Of a stretch of DNA of 64,000 nucleotides, positions 39,764 to 51,092 are shown piece by piece. How positions within the stretch are numbered: the stretch's first letter is position 1; the number at the start of each line of letters is the position of its first letter. This stretch comes from Octopus sinensis. Lineage: Eukaryota. A program made the translations under genes and the position numbers. The notes below the pieces were generated by a model that made no database searches, was not told the origin of the DNA, and worked only from the letters and a program-made list of their open reading frames with translations. The stretch is from assembly GCF_006345805.1 (NCBI RefSeq), contig NC_043002.1, positions 53,134,001-53,198,000 on the forward strand, read 5' to 3'.

Positions 39764-41502
39764 TCATTTTCGTCGTTATCAAAGCAAACTTCCTTATCCA
39801 AGAGTTCATAATCCTTCCCGTGAACAGCGGTGCCGTCCACAGAATGGAATGGGACTTTAACAAGGCCACGAGCCCCTGATGTACGAATTATGCGAATTTC
39901 CACTTCTCCGCTTGATTCAGTAATATACATTTCCTTTTCCTCGATTTGAAAGATACCTGGATGATCATCATCCAAAATCATCACAGTGGCTAAGAAGGGA
40001 TTGGCCAGTATGGCTTTTGCTTCCGCTTGACCACTCTCAAATAATCCCTGAGAGTCGCCGACTCGAAGATTGCTTAAACGAATGTAAAAATGTTCGTCCT
40101 CTTCAAAAATGTCATCGTCAATAATGGAAATTGGGAATTGTTTGTGAGTTTCCATAGGATAAAAGACAAGAGTACCTTCAGCGTATACATAGTCAGAACC
40201 GGCATTTGCTGTACCATCTTCAGTCTTGTAGTCCACATAGAGGGTCTTGCTTAAATCACCACCTTCCCTGGTGACAGTACCATAAAATGTACCGACATTT
40301 TCCATGACAGTGTAATGTCCAGGATCAAAGCAAACCTTTGTTATTTCATCTTCAGGTTTCTGGTCAGTTGTCGAAGAAAGCTGCATGCTAGTTTGTGTCT
40401 TAGCTTTCTTGATAATATTACCACCACCTGTCAATTTTCTAGTAGCCTGGATTCGATAGAAAGCACGACTCTTCGGGCCCCGATTTACAGCTTCGGCTTC
40501 AGCCATGTCTTCAAGAGTTTTCATGTCCAATGTTGGATTTTTTTTTCTCATTTCACGAAGAATTTCAATGTACTCTCGACGATGCTGCTCAAATTCACGA
40601 ACATCGGTTTCTTCCGAGTCAAGTCCTTTGAAAGCTACGTCTTCTCCGAGGTGGTTTGCTTTGGAATCAGCATTCTCGATATCCAAACCCTCACATTGGA
40701 TTACAACTCCCTTTTGTTTGCTAGCCCGGTATTTTTTGGAAATAAATTTGTTTAATAATTTCCTATCAGCAACATATGCTGTAACCACAGTGGCTGGGAA
40801 AAAAAGGAATGTCAGTATGGCTTCCCAAACTTCAACAATTCCGTAGGATATAACAGATAGAATAAAATATAGCCAGAGATAGGCGAAAACACTCCAGATG
40901 GACGTGATGAAAAACACCGAAAGATGATTAATACTCCTACTTTCCCCATTTGGAATGACCTCGATACAAAGGGCAGTGATAATAAACAAGTTGAAAGCAG
41001 CGCTTCCAACAATTGTACTAGGTCCAAGATCTCCGGCCTTGAAATTATTACCACAAATTTCAATGACCGACAACATAATTTCAGGAGCCGAAGAACCGAG
41101 TGCCATCAAGGTCAGATTAGATACGGTTTCATTCCAGATCCTCACGCTGACTATCGTTGTAGTACCATCCGGCTTCTTAACGGTAACGTCTTTCTCTTTG
41201 GAAGTAATCACTTCAATGGATGCCATGAACCGATCAGCAATGATGGAAACACCAAGAAAAAGGTAGACCATGAGGACAAAATAGATGATGGCTCTGGCGA
41301 CTTTATCTCCAACACTGAGATTACCTGTTGGCTCCCAGCGAGGAATAATAAGGCCATTTTTACAAGGATCCGAGAAAGTATTGCAGGTGTCGTTAAAATC
41401 CGATGATGATGCAGATTCCGAGACGACGAGACATGTCTGGGAAAAAATGCCAATCAGCAACAATGGAAAAGTCCATTTCTTCGATAACAATAATATATCC
41501 AT
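39764..41502 (-). CDS. NCX: Na+/Ca2+ exchanger (SLC8/NCX family), first coding exon: signal peptide, TM1-5, alpha-1 repeat, XIP, CBD1 and N-terminal part of CBD2; CDS continues after a phase-2 intron
   Basis: The 580-aa ORF contains NCX motifs [34 protein letters not shown] (alpha-1), [20 protein letters not shown] (XIP-like), [21 protein letters not shown] and ILDDDHPG (CBD1 Ca2+ ligands), and IIRTSGARG (CBD2 start). The start context is TTCACCATGG. The ORF stop TAA lies inside a consensus donor AATGA|GTAAGT (39763-39758). It closely resembles squid NCX as I recall it. Confidence 0.97.
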
Positions 41503-42505
41503 GGTGAACGACGTGTGTTAGTTTTCGATAGTTGATTCAAGTCGATGAGAAACTTTTCAATGTAAATAGAATTCCTTAGTTGGTAGATATTGTGAACTTT
41601 GTTTCGTTTTCTTTTAACAAAAAATCCGGGTTATTAATAAATAAATTTTTTTTTTCCAAAGTTATGAAATTTCCAAGAATTCCGAAAGTGCACGTAATGA
41701 TAAAAGGAAAATCTTAAATCCCTTATGTAGTTAAACCCAACAATATGAACAATATATAAATATATATGTATATATATTATACACTCATACACATCATATG
41801 TGTATTATCTTTTTTTTATCCCCTGTTTGCATATTTCATGTGCGCGCAAGCATACGTAGGTATATATACATATATGTATATATACAATCACACTTTATAC
41901 CACTAAACTTCTATGCAATTAACACACACAAAAATATATGAAGATATATAAATTATATATTTACAAACACCGCGACAAAATATAGGTAAGAGAGAGACAG
42001 AAACACAGAGTAAAATGGAAAAAAAAAACCAACAAAGCTATCAACTATATGTATTTACACTATACACAAACATAATATATATATACACACACGTACTCAT
42101 ACACACTAATTATCGACAACTAGAGAAAGCAAGCTTGTTTTTGTAAAAAAGGTGTGAATGCTGCTAAACATACATGTTTATAAACGTGTATGTATGCCTT
42201 ACCACACGGCATCACAGAGAACATGTGAGTCAAAGACTGACTTCTGCACGAGAAAGAGAAAAAGAAAGTGAGGAAAAGAGAGTAAGAAAAAAAGCAACGA
42301 GGGAGGAGGTAGAGGAGGAGTAGAAATAAGATAGATGGAGGGAGGGCATAGAACAGCAGCGAGAACGAAACAGCAACAGCTACACTCTACACACTCACTA
42401 TTATGAGTGAGAGAATGAGAGAGGGGAAAGAGTAGGAGTAAGAGCTATACTTACAACGAGAGAAAAGCGGCAAGAGTTACAAATACGCACACTTAAACAC
42501 ACACA

Positions 42506-42541
<36 letters not shown>

Positions 42542-44631
42542 TGAGTAACAGGGAAGGGGAGAGAAAGAGCTATTTGCACAGAGGGTGATTGAGAGAGAGG
42601 GAGAGAGTGGGGGAAGAGCTGTTCACATTATATAAGTGAAGCTTATACACACGATTCAAAGAGAGGAAATAAAGTTATACAGAAAATGAGAGAGAGAGAG
42701 ACAGGGAAGTGTTAAAACTACACTAACATACAGGGAAATAGGGGGAGAGAGAGAGTAGAGGGAAGAGCTATACACGTTATGAGTGAGAGAGAGAGAGAGA
42801 GAGAGAGGACGTGCTATACATATACACGCTAACGCATACAGGTGTACAAGCATAACGAGCCTTACATATAAATATTTTCCGCTCAACACCTTTCGGTTTC
42901 TACTTACAAAAATGGTGTTAATAACAAAGATGAAGATGGTGACGATGATACTGATATATAACTGGTGTAAATAAATAACTCACTCCGGTCAGCTTTTTCG
43001 TTCCTTAAGAGCTATAATCAATATCGAAATTGTTGCGTCGCTGGACATTGTTATAATATATGTGTGTATATATATATTATATATATATATATATATAATA
43101 GTTACTTAAAAAGAATATTATTTAATCCTTCGAAGAGGTGTTGTTTCGTTTGTTCAGCTTCAAAATTCATTTATTATATATTTTTCGTAAGTTTTGTTGT
43201 TGGCTTTTCAAAGTTCATTTTTTTCTTTATTTTTCTTTGACTTGTGTAAAAGAGAAAACATATATATATATACGTTAGTTAGTTAGTTACTATTTTTTTT
43301 TTATGAATATATTTTCAAAAAAATTCCGCGAGAAACGAAGATAGACGGTGAGAGAGAGAGAAATTTAGAGAAATATATATTTTCTTAGCTATTTGCGGTT
43401 GTGGTTTGTTCTCGGTAATGTGGTAGTGGTACTTATAATGGTATTATCTTTTCTTTCTGTGATGTTTCTGTTCTATTATTAAGAAACGGCTGTTATTATT
43501 CAGACTGTTATTGAAAAGAGTATCATTTACTCTTTGTCACTCATTCTTGCCTCTTTTCTAGATATATATAAATATATATAGTCAGTCCGCGTTTTATTAT
43601 CTCATACCGGCACACACTCAGCTATAGTACTAACAGACAAATGCAGATATATGTATATATAAATATACGCATGTAAATAAATGTACATTTGTGTGTGTGT
43701 GTATATATATATATATAAAGTATATTACTATCAGAGTGACAATTCTTTCGTTATTATGTACAGTTTTATACGTATGTCTTACCAAATATTAAATTCCCCC
43801 ACGACCGTTATTTTAACCGTTTCTTTCTCTACGTAGTTTGAATTTTTTTTTTATCGCTTTAAAATTATATACAAATATATGTCCTTCTTGATCTTTTTTG
43901 TATGTGTGTAGGTCTTTTTCACCCAAGAAGTAGAGTGTCTGAAAAAAAAAGTTGTTCTGTCCGTTCTCTTTTAGCACGGAGAAGCGTTTTATTGTCAGTT
44001 ATTGGAGAGGTTTTCTCGCTCACTACTTTCACCAATGTAGTAATATTTCCTTTCGCTTCCTCTCCATCTAATTGTCTTCTTCCTTAATACACTACTACTC
44101 TTTCTTTCTCTTTCACTTTCGTTCTCTTTCTTTCTCTCTCTCTCTCTCTCTCTCTCTGTATTGACCTCAATACATCTTACCTATCTCATTTTCTGCCACC
44201 ACTCTTCTTTCTTTCTCATACCTAGTTTCTCCTCATCTCAATCATCGTCTTTCTTTCACTCATTCTTTCCCTCTCTTTATTGATATCAATACTCACCCTG
44301 TTCATTCTCTCTTCCCACCTTTTCTTTCTTATTCGTTCTTTACTTTTCTCCCATTCCTGTCTTTCTCACTCATTTCATGACCTCAATAGTATCTCTCTCC
44401 AGTTTCTCTTTCCTATACTGATAAGCTCTCTTTTTCTCCCCCTCTCTTTCTCGCGCTTTTCTACCACTTTTTTCCTTCTCTCTCTCTCTCTTTAATCTAT
44501 CCACTCTACTGTTCCTTATCTCTCATCTTTCTTTACTGAATTCGCCCAGTTCTCTTTCTTTTTACATCTCTCTTCTGATACTCACTTTTCTGTTTCTCTT
44601 CCCTTCTACCATGTCTCTGCGCTATCCATTC

Positions 44632-44711
<80 letters not shown>

Positions 44712-45030
44712 TGTATATGTATATATACACACACGTTACTAGATCTTAATGTCTCTTTCTAACCTTTTCTCTTTCACATTATCAGTGTTTCTCATTCTTC
44801 TCCTTATTTCACTGTTTCTTTTTCCTCTCTGTCTGTCTGTCTCTCTCTCACACACACACATACACTCACTTACACACTCATTGCTTCCCTGCTATCTCTC
44901 TGCTTCTCCATCTCGCTCTCCTTTGTTTCTGTCGTGCGGGGTTTTTTTGGGGTTTTTTTTTCAAGAGCTTCTTCATTCTTCTTTTTTATTTTTTCAGTCG
45001 ATATTGATTTATTTTTGACTGTGCACAAAG
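41503..45030 (-). promoter_or_regulatory. Putative NCX 5' UTR / non-coding exons / promoter region
   Basis: SINE-free and CpG-retaining. Minus-strand splice-like sites: donor GTAAGT 44873, acceptor (T)10CAG 43939, donor GTGAGT 42983, acceptor after a ~60-nt pyrimidine tract 42244, donor GTAAGG 42202. Confidence 0.4.
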
Positions 45031-45711
45031 CCAGATTTTTGAGAGGGGAACGTTTATAATCGATTAGTCTACAGACTTTCAGTGTATTACTGGTATCATT
45101 CATTGCCTGTTGAAAATAAAAGGCTATGATGACATTGGGAATAAATATGCATTAATGCTTCGTTCCCTCGTCTCCTCAAAAAATATCCTACTTTAAATGA
45201 CTAACCGTATTTTGTTTTCAGTCACTCTTATTACACACACACACACATACGCATGCACGCACGCGCGCGATGTCTCTCTTTCTATTAACTCTTTCGCTTA
45301 TCCAACACTGCTCGCCATAGCACTACCATTATCAAAAAGTAATCCTTAAAAAATGCAGTAGGGTGTAATTTAAAATATATTTAGCTGCTATTTCTTGCGA
45401 CTCGAGCGACGACAAACTAAATGATATTCTTTTATCGGCTTGTTAGAATACTTGCTGTAGTGTTGAATTGCTCTGATCGAGCAGTTCTATGCTCAAAAAC
45501 TTTCCTGTCTTGACGATTCCATCTTTTACTGTGCCTACAATCACATCGGCAAATGTATTCTCTTTTTTTCTCTGATGACAGTGTTTGAGAGCAATTTGCC
45601 TAATCTTGTAGGTTTATTGACTACAGAGAACGGTCATGGTCACAACTGCGACAAGCAGAACTTCCTAAATATCAGGCTCAACGAAATATCTTTTTTTTTC
45701 TTTTACTTTTT

Positions 45712-46460
45712 TCAATCGTTTTACTGCTGCCATGCTGGGGCACCGTCTTAAAGGGTTTTAGTCGAACAAATCGACCGCCAGGACTTATTTTTTAAAGCCT
45801 GGTACTTATAATACTTGTCTCTTTTGCCGAACCACTAAGTTAAGAAGGTGTAAAAACCAACACCGGCTGTCAAACGGTGGTGGTACACAAACACACATAC
45901 CGCTACCATATCCGCTCACAAAGATTTGGTCGGCTCGAGGCTACAATAAAAGACACTTGCCCAAGGTGTCACACAGTGGGACTGAACACGGAATCATGTG
46001 ACTGGGAGGCTAGCTTCTTATTTCTTTATTGACCACAAGGGGCTAAACATAGAGGGGACAAACAAGGACAGACAAAGGAATTGAGTCGATTACATCGACT
46101 CCAATGCGTAACTGGTACTTAATTTATCGACCCAGAAAGGGTGAAAGGCAAAGTCGACCTCAGTGGAATTTGAACTCAGAACGGAGGACGAAATACCTAT
46201 TTCTTTACTACCCACAAGGGGCTAAACACAGAGAGAACAAACAAGGACAGACAAACGGATTAAGTCGATTACATCGACCCCAGTGCGTCACTGGTACTTA
46301 ATTTATCGACCCCGAAAGGATGAAAGGCAAAGTCGACCTCGGTGGAATTTGAACTCAGAACGGAGCGGCGGACGAAATACCACAAAGCATTTCGCCCGGC
46401 GTGCTAACGTCTCTGCCAGCTCGCCGCCTTCTTACCACACAGCCAAGCCTGCGCCTATTA
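45712..46460 (-). mobile_element. SINE family B interrupted by a SINE-A tandem dimer (46021-46427)
   Basis: The B head resumes at 46431 (CTTACCACACAGCC); 7-bp TSD CTTCTTA at 46014-46020 and 46428-46434. Confidence 0.85.
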
Positions 46461-46805
46461 TCTTGATTTTTGTTTTTTAACACTGCAGTTCACCTGATGA
46501 GCCATGTCTCGCTTCTTGAAAAATGTTGTGTATGCCTGGCGTAGAAGATTGCCGCCTCACTCTATGATTCCAGCGTGAGTGACTCCCACCACTTATCGGC
46601 TCTCATGAAATATAAAAGTATTCAATAGAACGACTAGGGAAAATTACCAAAGAACAGTTACTATATGAAAAGCAGACGTACACTTTTAAATCAGTCTTCG
46701 ATAGATCGCTTTCGGTGAAGGCATGTGGTTTAGTAGCTAGGAGTGTTCGGCTCATCATCGTACGATCGTGGCTTCAGTTTCTGGATTTGGCGGCGTGTTA
46801 TATAT

Positions 46806-47025
46806 ATATTTCTTTACTGCCCACAAGGGGCTAAATATAGAGGGGACAAACGGATTAAGTCGATTACATCGACCCCAATGCGAAACCTGTTCTTAATTTA
46901 TCGACCCCGAAAGGATGAAAGGCAAAGTTGACCTCGGCGGAATTTGAACTCGGAACGTAACGACAGACGAAATACCGCTAAGCATTCCGTCCGGCGTGCT
47001 AACGTTTCTGCCAGCTCGCCGCCCT
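46806..47025 (-). mobile_element. SINE family A with a 13-bp TSD
   Basis: GCGTGTTATATAT at 46793-46805 and 47026-47038. Confidence 0.9.
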
Positions 47026-47602
47026 GCGTGTTATATATTTAAGCAGGACCTTTCGTTCATGTTTTGCTGGATGAAGGGTGGGAGAACCGAGAAAGTGTCT
47101 ATATCTGCTCACGACTGAATTAGGCATCTAAAAAATAAAAAAAATAGCGAAAACATGGTGCATGCTAGGTAGCAATACTCTTTATATGAGTGCCGACTGG
47201 CTAAGGGATAATGTTAAATTTCTGCCACTCGAAGTTTTTCAAATGTTCACCATATTATTTTGGCGATGGTAAAGAATATGCACACCTGGTGTTTAGGGTT
47301 AGGATTAAGGTTAGGGTTACGCCAAAAACGAGTAGCGTGGTATTCTTTACTTCCGCCGTTATTTTTTTTCAAAAATGTAGTTCCGATGCAATTTAAATGT
47401 TGATGACGAAAACTGCATTAGCCAATTGAAGCTTCGATTGCAGAATATACCGGAAGTTGTAACTGTCCCCATGAGAACAGCACACATGTTAGAAATAGCA
47501 GCCAAATCTTCCTTAAACTACACTATAACCTCATAGCTGGACGACACATGGTACCACATCCAAATTAAAGCCAATTTTCCAGGAGATTGACGAGAATGCA
47601 AC

Positions 47603-48034
47603 CCGGATCTTTTCGGTTTGAACAGCAGTTTTTTAAAGCGGTGTCATATGAAATTGTCACCTATAATTATGACCCTAGTATCGATCTATTGCATTTCAAT
47701 CTGTTTTAGGGTTAGGGTTGGTTAGGGCTAGGGGTGGGGGAAGTGTATCTTTTTTTCTTCACAAATGTAAATAAACCCAATCTGTTTCTTAAACGAGGGA
47801 CATATTCATACGACACAGAATGTTTTTTACCTCAATAGACGTCATTGATTGGTTGAAATTGCAGAAATTGAAGAAAAAACAACAACAGATATCTTACAAA
47901 CCATAGAATTTTCTCAATAAAGCCAAGAGAAAAAGATGTTTTATAAACACATTCTACCAGTATACGAAGTTTAAAAATGTTTAGTTACGTGGAAATTATT
48001 ATAAAAAACTGCCGTTCAAACCGAAAAGATCCGG
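47603..48034. mobile_element. MITE with ~30-bp TIRs (copy 2), containing TTAGGG-like G-runs
   Basis: CCGGATCTTTTCGGTTTGAAC ... GTTCAAACCGAAAAGATCCGG; internal GGGTTAGGGTTGGTTAGGGCTAGGGGTGGGGG. Confidence 0.9.
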
Positions 48035-48697
48035 CAATCCCTGTCCCATGAGAAACACTGCCAGCTCTTTTGTTAACATATTTCTGTTGAAATATACTGC
48101 TTTCGTTTCAAGTAATTTTGAAAATAGTGTCTAAATTTTGCCAGTTGATTTCCCGACGTTCTCGTTAGTTTCCAGAGATTTATTAATTTTTAAAAATTAA
48201 CTTTTTATTTCCAGTTTTCCCTGTTATAATATGAAACAGCACTGCCAGGAGACTGTGAAGTTTTGTATAAAACAAATGGAGAACAGGATTCTTTTTTACG
48301 AAGGGGGTTGGAGGAGGATTCTTTTTGTTTTAAGAGAAAGAAAAAAAATATTAATAAATAAAATAAGAAAACAAATAAAGAGAAGAGAGAGAACAGGATG
48401 AATAAAAATTAGAGGAAAATAAAATAGACTACACACTCAATCGTTAATCACTCATAAAATCTTAATAATTCTACAAGAACTAATACTAGAGGACTATCAT
48501 GTGTTTTCAAACTCGAGGTAGAGCCTCCATTTTTTATAAAATTTATCTTGCTTGCTTTCATTGGATGATTTGGGGGGTTTTTTTTCAATTAGATATCTGT
48601 CGTGCACAAAGTTTCTAAAATGATTGAAGTTCAGAGTGTTTTTTGCCACTTTGCTTTTGTTTATAAAAAAAATTTGCTAATAATATTAGGAAGTCAA

Positions 48698-49371
48698 AGA
48701 TATTGTTATATTTCGGAATGGTCATTTTGCCAGTTTAGCCAATAAAATCACACGCACTATATATTTGGTGTTACTTTGCTTCAGTGTTATTTATTTTTTA
48801 CATTAATCTTAATCTTATTTCGGCCAGAGTTCTTTCGTCACACTCCTGTGACCGCATCAGTGGTCCTTTGTTTTCTTCTTTCTTATTTGTGTCTCTCCTT
48901 ACTAACCGTCAGCCATTTTGTATTTCTATTGTATGTCTTCATTTGCGCATGCTTATATCTTTATGTGCGTTTTTGTTGTTGTTGTTTTTGTTTATTCTTA
49001 TTTTGTTCATGTGTTTACATCCCTTTATTATTATCATTACATATGCTTGTATGTATGTATGTATGTATGTATAACAACAATACTAGTAATAATAATAATA
49101 AATCAAAACAAAAAATAATATAATTATTTATTTCTATTTATTTAGTTATCTGTGTATTTATTATGTTTTCGGGATCCTCTACCGTCATATGTTGTGGTGT
49201 GTGCTAGTGTTCCATTCTAGTTTTCTATTCAGGCTAGGTTTATTTTCTATTATGTGTGTAGCTTCTGTAATTTGTCTTATTGTTGCATCTGTTCTATGTG
49301 TGGACAATATTTTAATTTCTATGTTGTTGTCTAAACTGGCAAAATGACCATTCAGAAATATAACAATATCT
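48698..49371 (-). mobile_element. 5'-truncated Penelope-like element: GIY-YIG C-terminus, pLTR with hammerhead, inverted terminal pLTR piece
   Basis: Minus ORF ..KILSTHRTDATIRQITEATHIIENKPSLNRKLEW resembles the PLE endonuclease end; 41-bp inverted repeats 48698-48738 / 49331-49371 (40/41); hammerhead fold at 48866-48822. Confidence 0.75.
48822..48866 (-). ncRNA. Minimal type I hammerhead ribozyme fold (A9->C substitution)
   Basis: GGACCA CUGAUGC G GUCACA GGAG UGUGAC GAAA GAACUC^UGGCC. Confidence 0.6.
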
Positions 49372-49506
49372 GTTTCAACACACGACTTCACATAAAAAAT
49401 CTTGCACAACAAATATATAAACGAAGTCAAAGATGCTATCAGTATATGTGTTTTTTCTCAATCCGAATAGAATGAACTGTGGGTCAAGTTTCATGTTGCG
49501 AACATG

Positions 49507-51092
49507 TGTAGCGTGACACAAGAAGCCAGCGCCATTTTGTACGAGATCTCACCGGCGACCATTGCCAGGTCCGAGACAAGAGCGAGATCTCGCCTACAAC
49601 CTTGTTTGCCATGCGCGAGACCACAGCGAGGCTCTCGTGGGCAACATCTATATAAGGGGGTGTATTGAGGAACCCGTTCTCTTCTCTCGCTTTGGCATTC
49701 GCCATTTTCGTTTTTCTTTCTCTTGCGTTCGCATCGTGCTGGTGTGTTAGTCGATTGTATGAGGAGTAGTCGACTGTCTTGTGCTGCTTTGCAGCGGTTT
49801 GCTGGTTGTGCTTTCTCTCCGCCTTAAGGAGACGTCAGCAATGTCAACAGTAAGAAACATGTTCTATTCGGACCTTAGTGGGTCCGAATTGTCCTCGGAG
49901 GAGGAGGAACTCGAGCAGGTGATAGAATGGACAAGTGCTTAAGGAAGAAAAGTTTTGCGGAAGTGACAGAAGTAACAAAAAAAAAAAAAAGGAAGTGGAC
50001 CTGACAAACGTGGTTAAACGTTTTCACAGGCAACTGAAGGCTGCTCTACACGCCACTCCTGATCCACTGTCTTGGACAGAATTCCTGCCTATTGTTCTTC
50101 TTGGCTGTCGCACTGCTGTTAAAGCAGACTTAGGTTTCTCCTCTGCTGAACTCCTTTACGGTACCATCCTGGCACTCTCCAGCACAATGTTAGCGCCAGA
50201 CAATTCATCGCGTCCTGATCCAACGTCGTATGTCACCAGACTTCGCTCGTATTTCTCAAGTCTCCACCCTTGCATCCGCGTGACCAGTCTATTCACTCTC
50301 ACGTCCCACCGGACATTGACAAATGGACTCACGTTTTTGTCCGGGATGATTCTGTGAAGGGACCTCTCGTTTCTCCTTATAAGGGACCATTCCATGTGCC
50401 ATCGCGCACACCCAAAACTTTTAGTCTCGACATCAATGGTCAGGCAGAGACCGTGTCGGTCGACAGGCTTAAAAGGGCACATTTTGAGGTGTCCACGCCC
50501 TTCGATGACATCCCAAACACGCCTACCTCTGATCCTTTACAACAACCTGCACATGCACCTCTGACCACACCATCACCTACACCTCCAACTTCATCGCCAC
50601 TACCTAACACGAACAAACCCTATGTCACCAGGACAGACCGCACTGTGCATTGGCCCAAAAAACTCACTAGAACTATTTACATCTAACTTTTTTTCATTTT
50701 TCTTCCTGTGACAGACAATTGTTTCTCGCGTGCTGAACGATACCAATGCCTTGTCATTGAACTCTGTAAAAATAAATAATTTGTGCATGCTCCTTTTATA
50801 TTGCTTATGATTATTTTTTTCTCAATTTCACATTTTGTATTAAATTTTGTACCACATCTTGTTGTTTGTGATCGGTGGCCATCTTTGCTTTCTTGTGCAT
50901 GTTCCAATCATTCTAATTTTCGCACTGGCGTTCTCAGGGGGAAGCTCCTGTAGCGTGACACATGAGATCTCGCCTACAACCATGTTTGCCATGCGAGAGA
51001 CCACAGCGAGGCATTCGTGGGCAACATCTATTTAAGGAGGTGTATTGAGCAACCTGTTCTCTTCTCTTGTGTTGGCGCTCGACTAAATCACA
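49507..51092 (+). mobile_element. Internally deleted Ty3/gypsy LTR retrotransposon
   Basis: Two related LTR-like segments beginning TGTAGCGTGACACA (49507, 50949); purine tract AGGGGGAAG before the second; integrase remnant RFHRQLKAAL..WTEFLPIVLLGCRTAVKADLG..AELLYG and frameshifted GPY/F module PLVSPYKGPF..VSVDRLK. Confidence 0.85.

Noticed and set aside
40315-41521. Overlapping ORFs (146, 113, 160, 103 aa on plus; 83, 81 aa on minus)
   Set aside because: Shadow or alternative frames of the NCX exon with no recognisable motifs.
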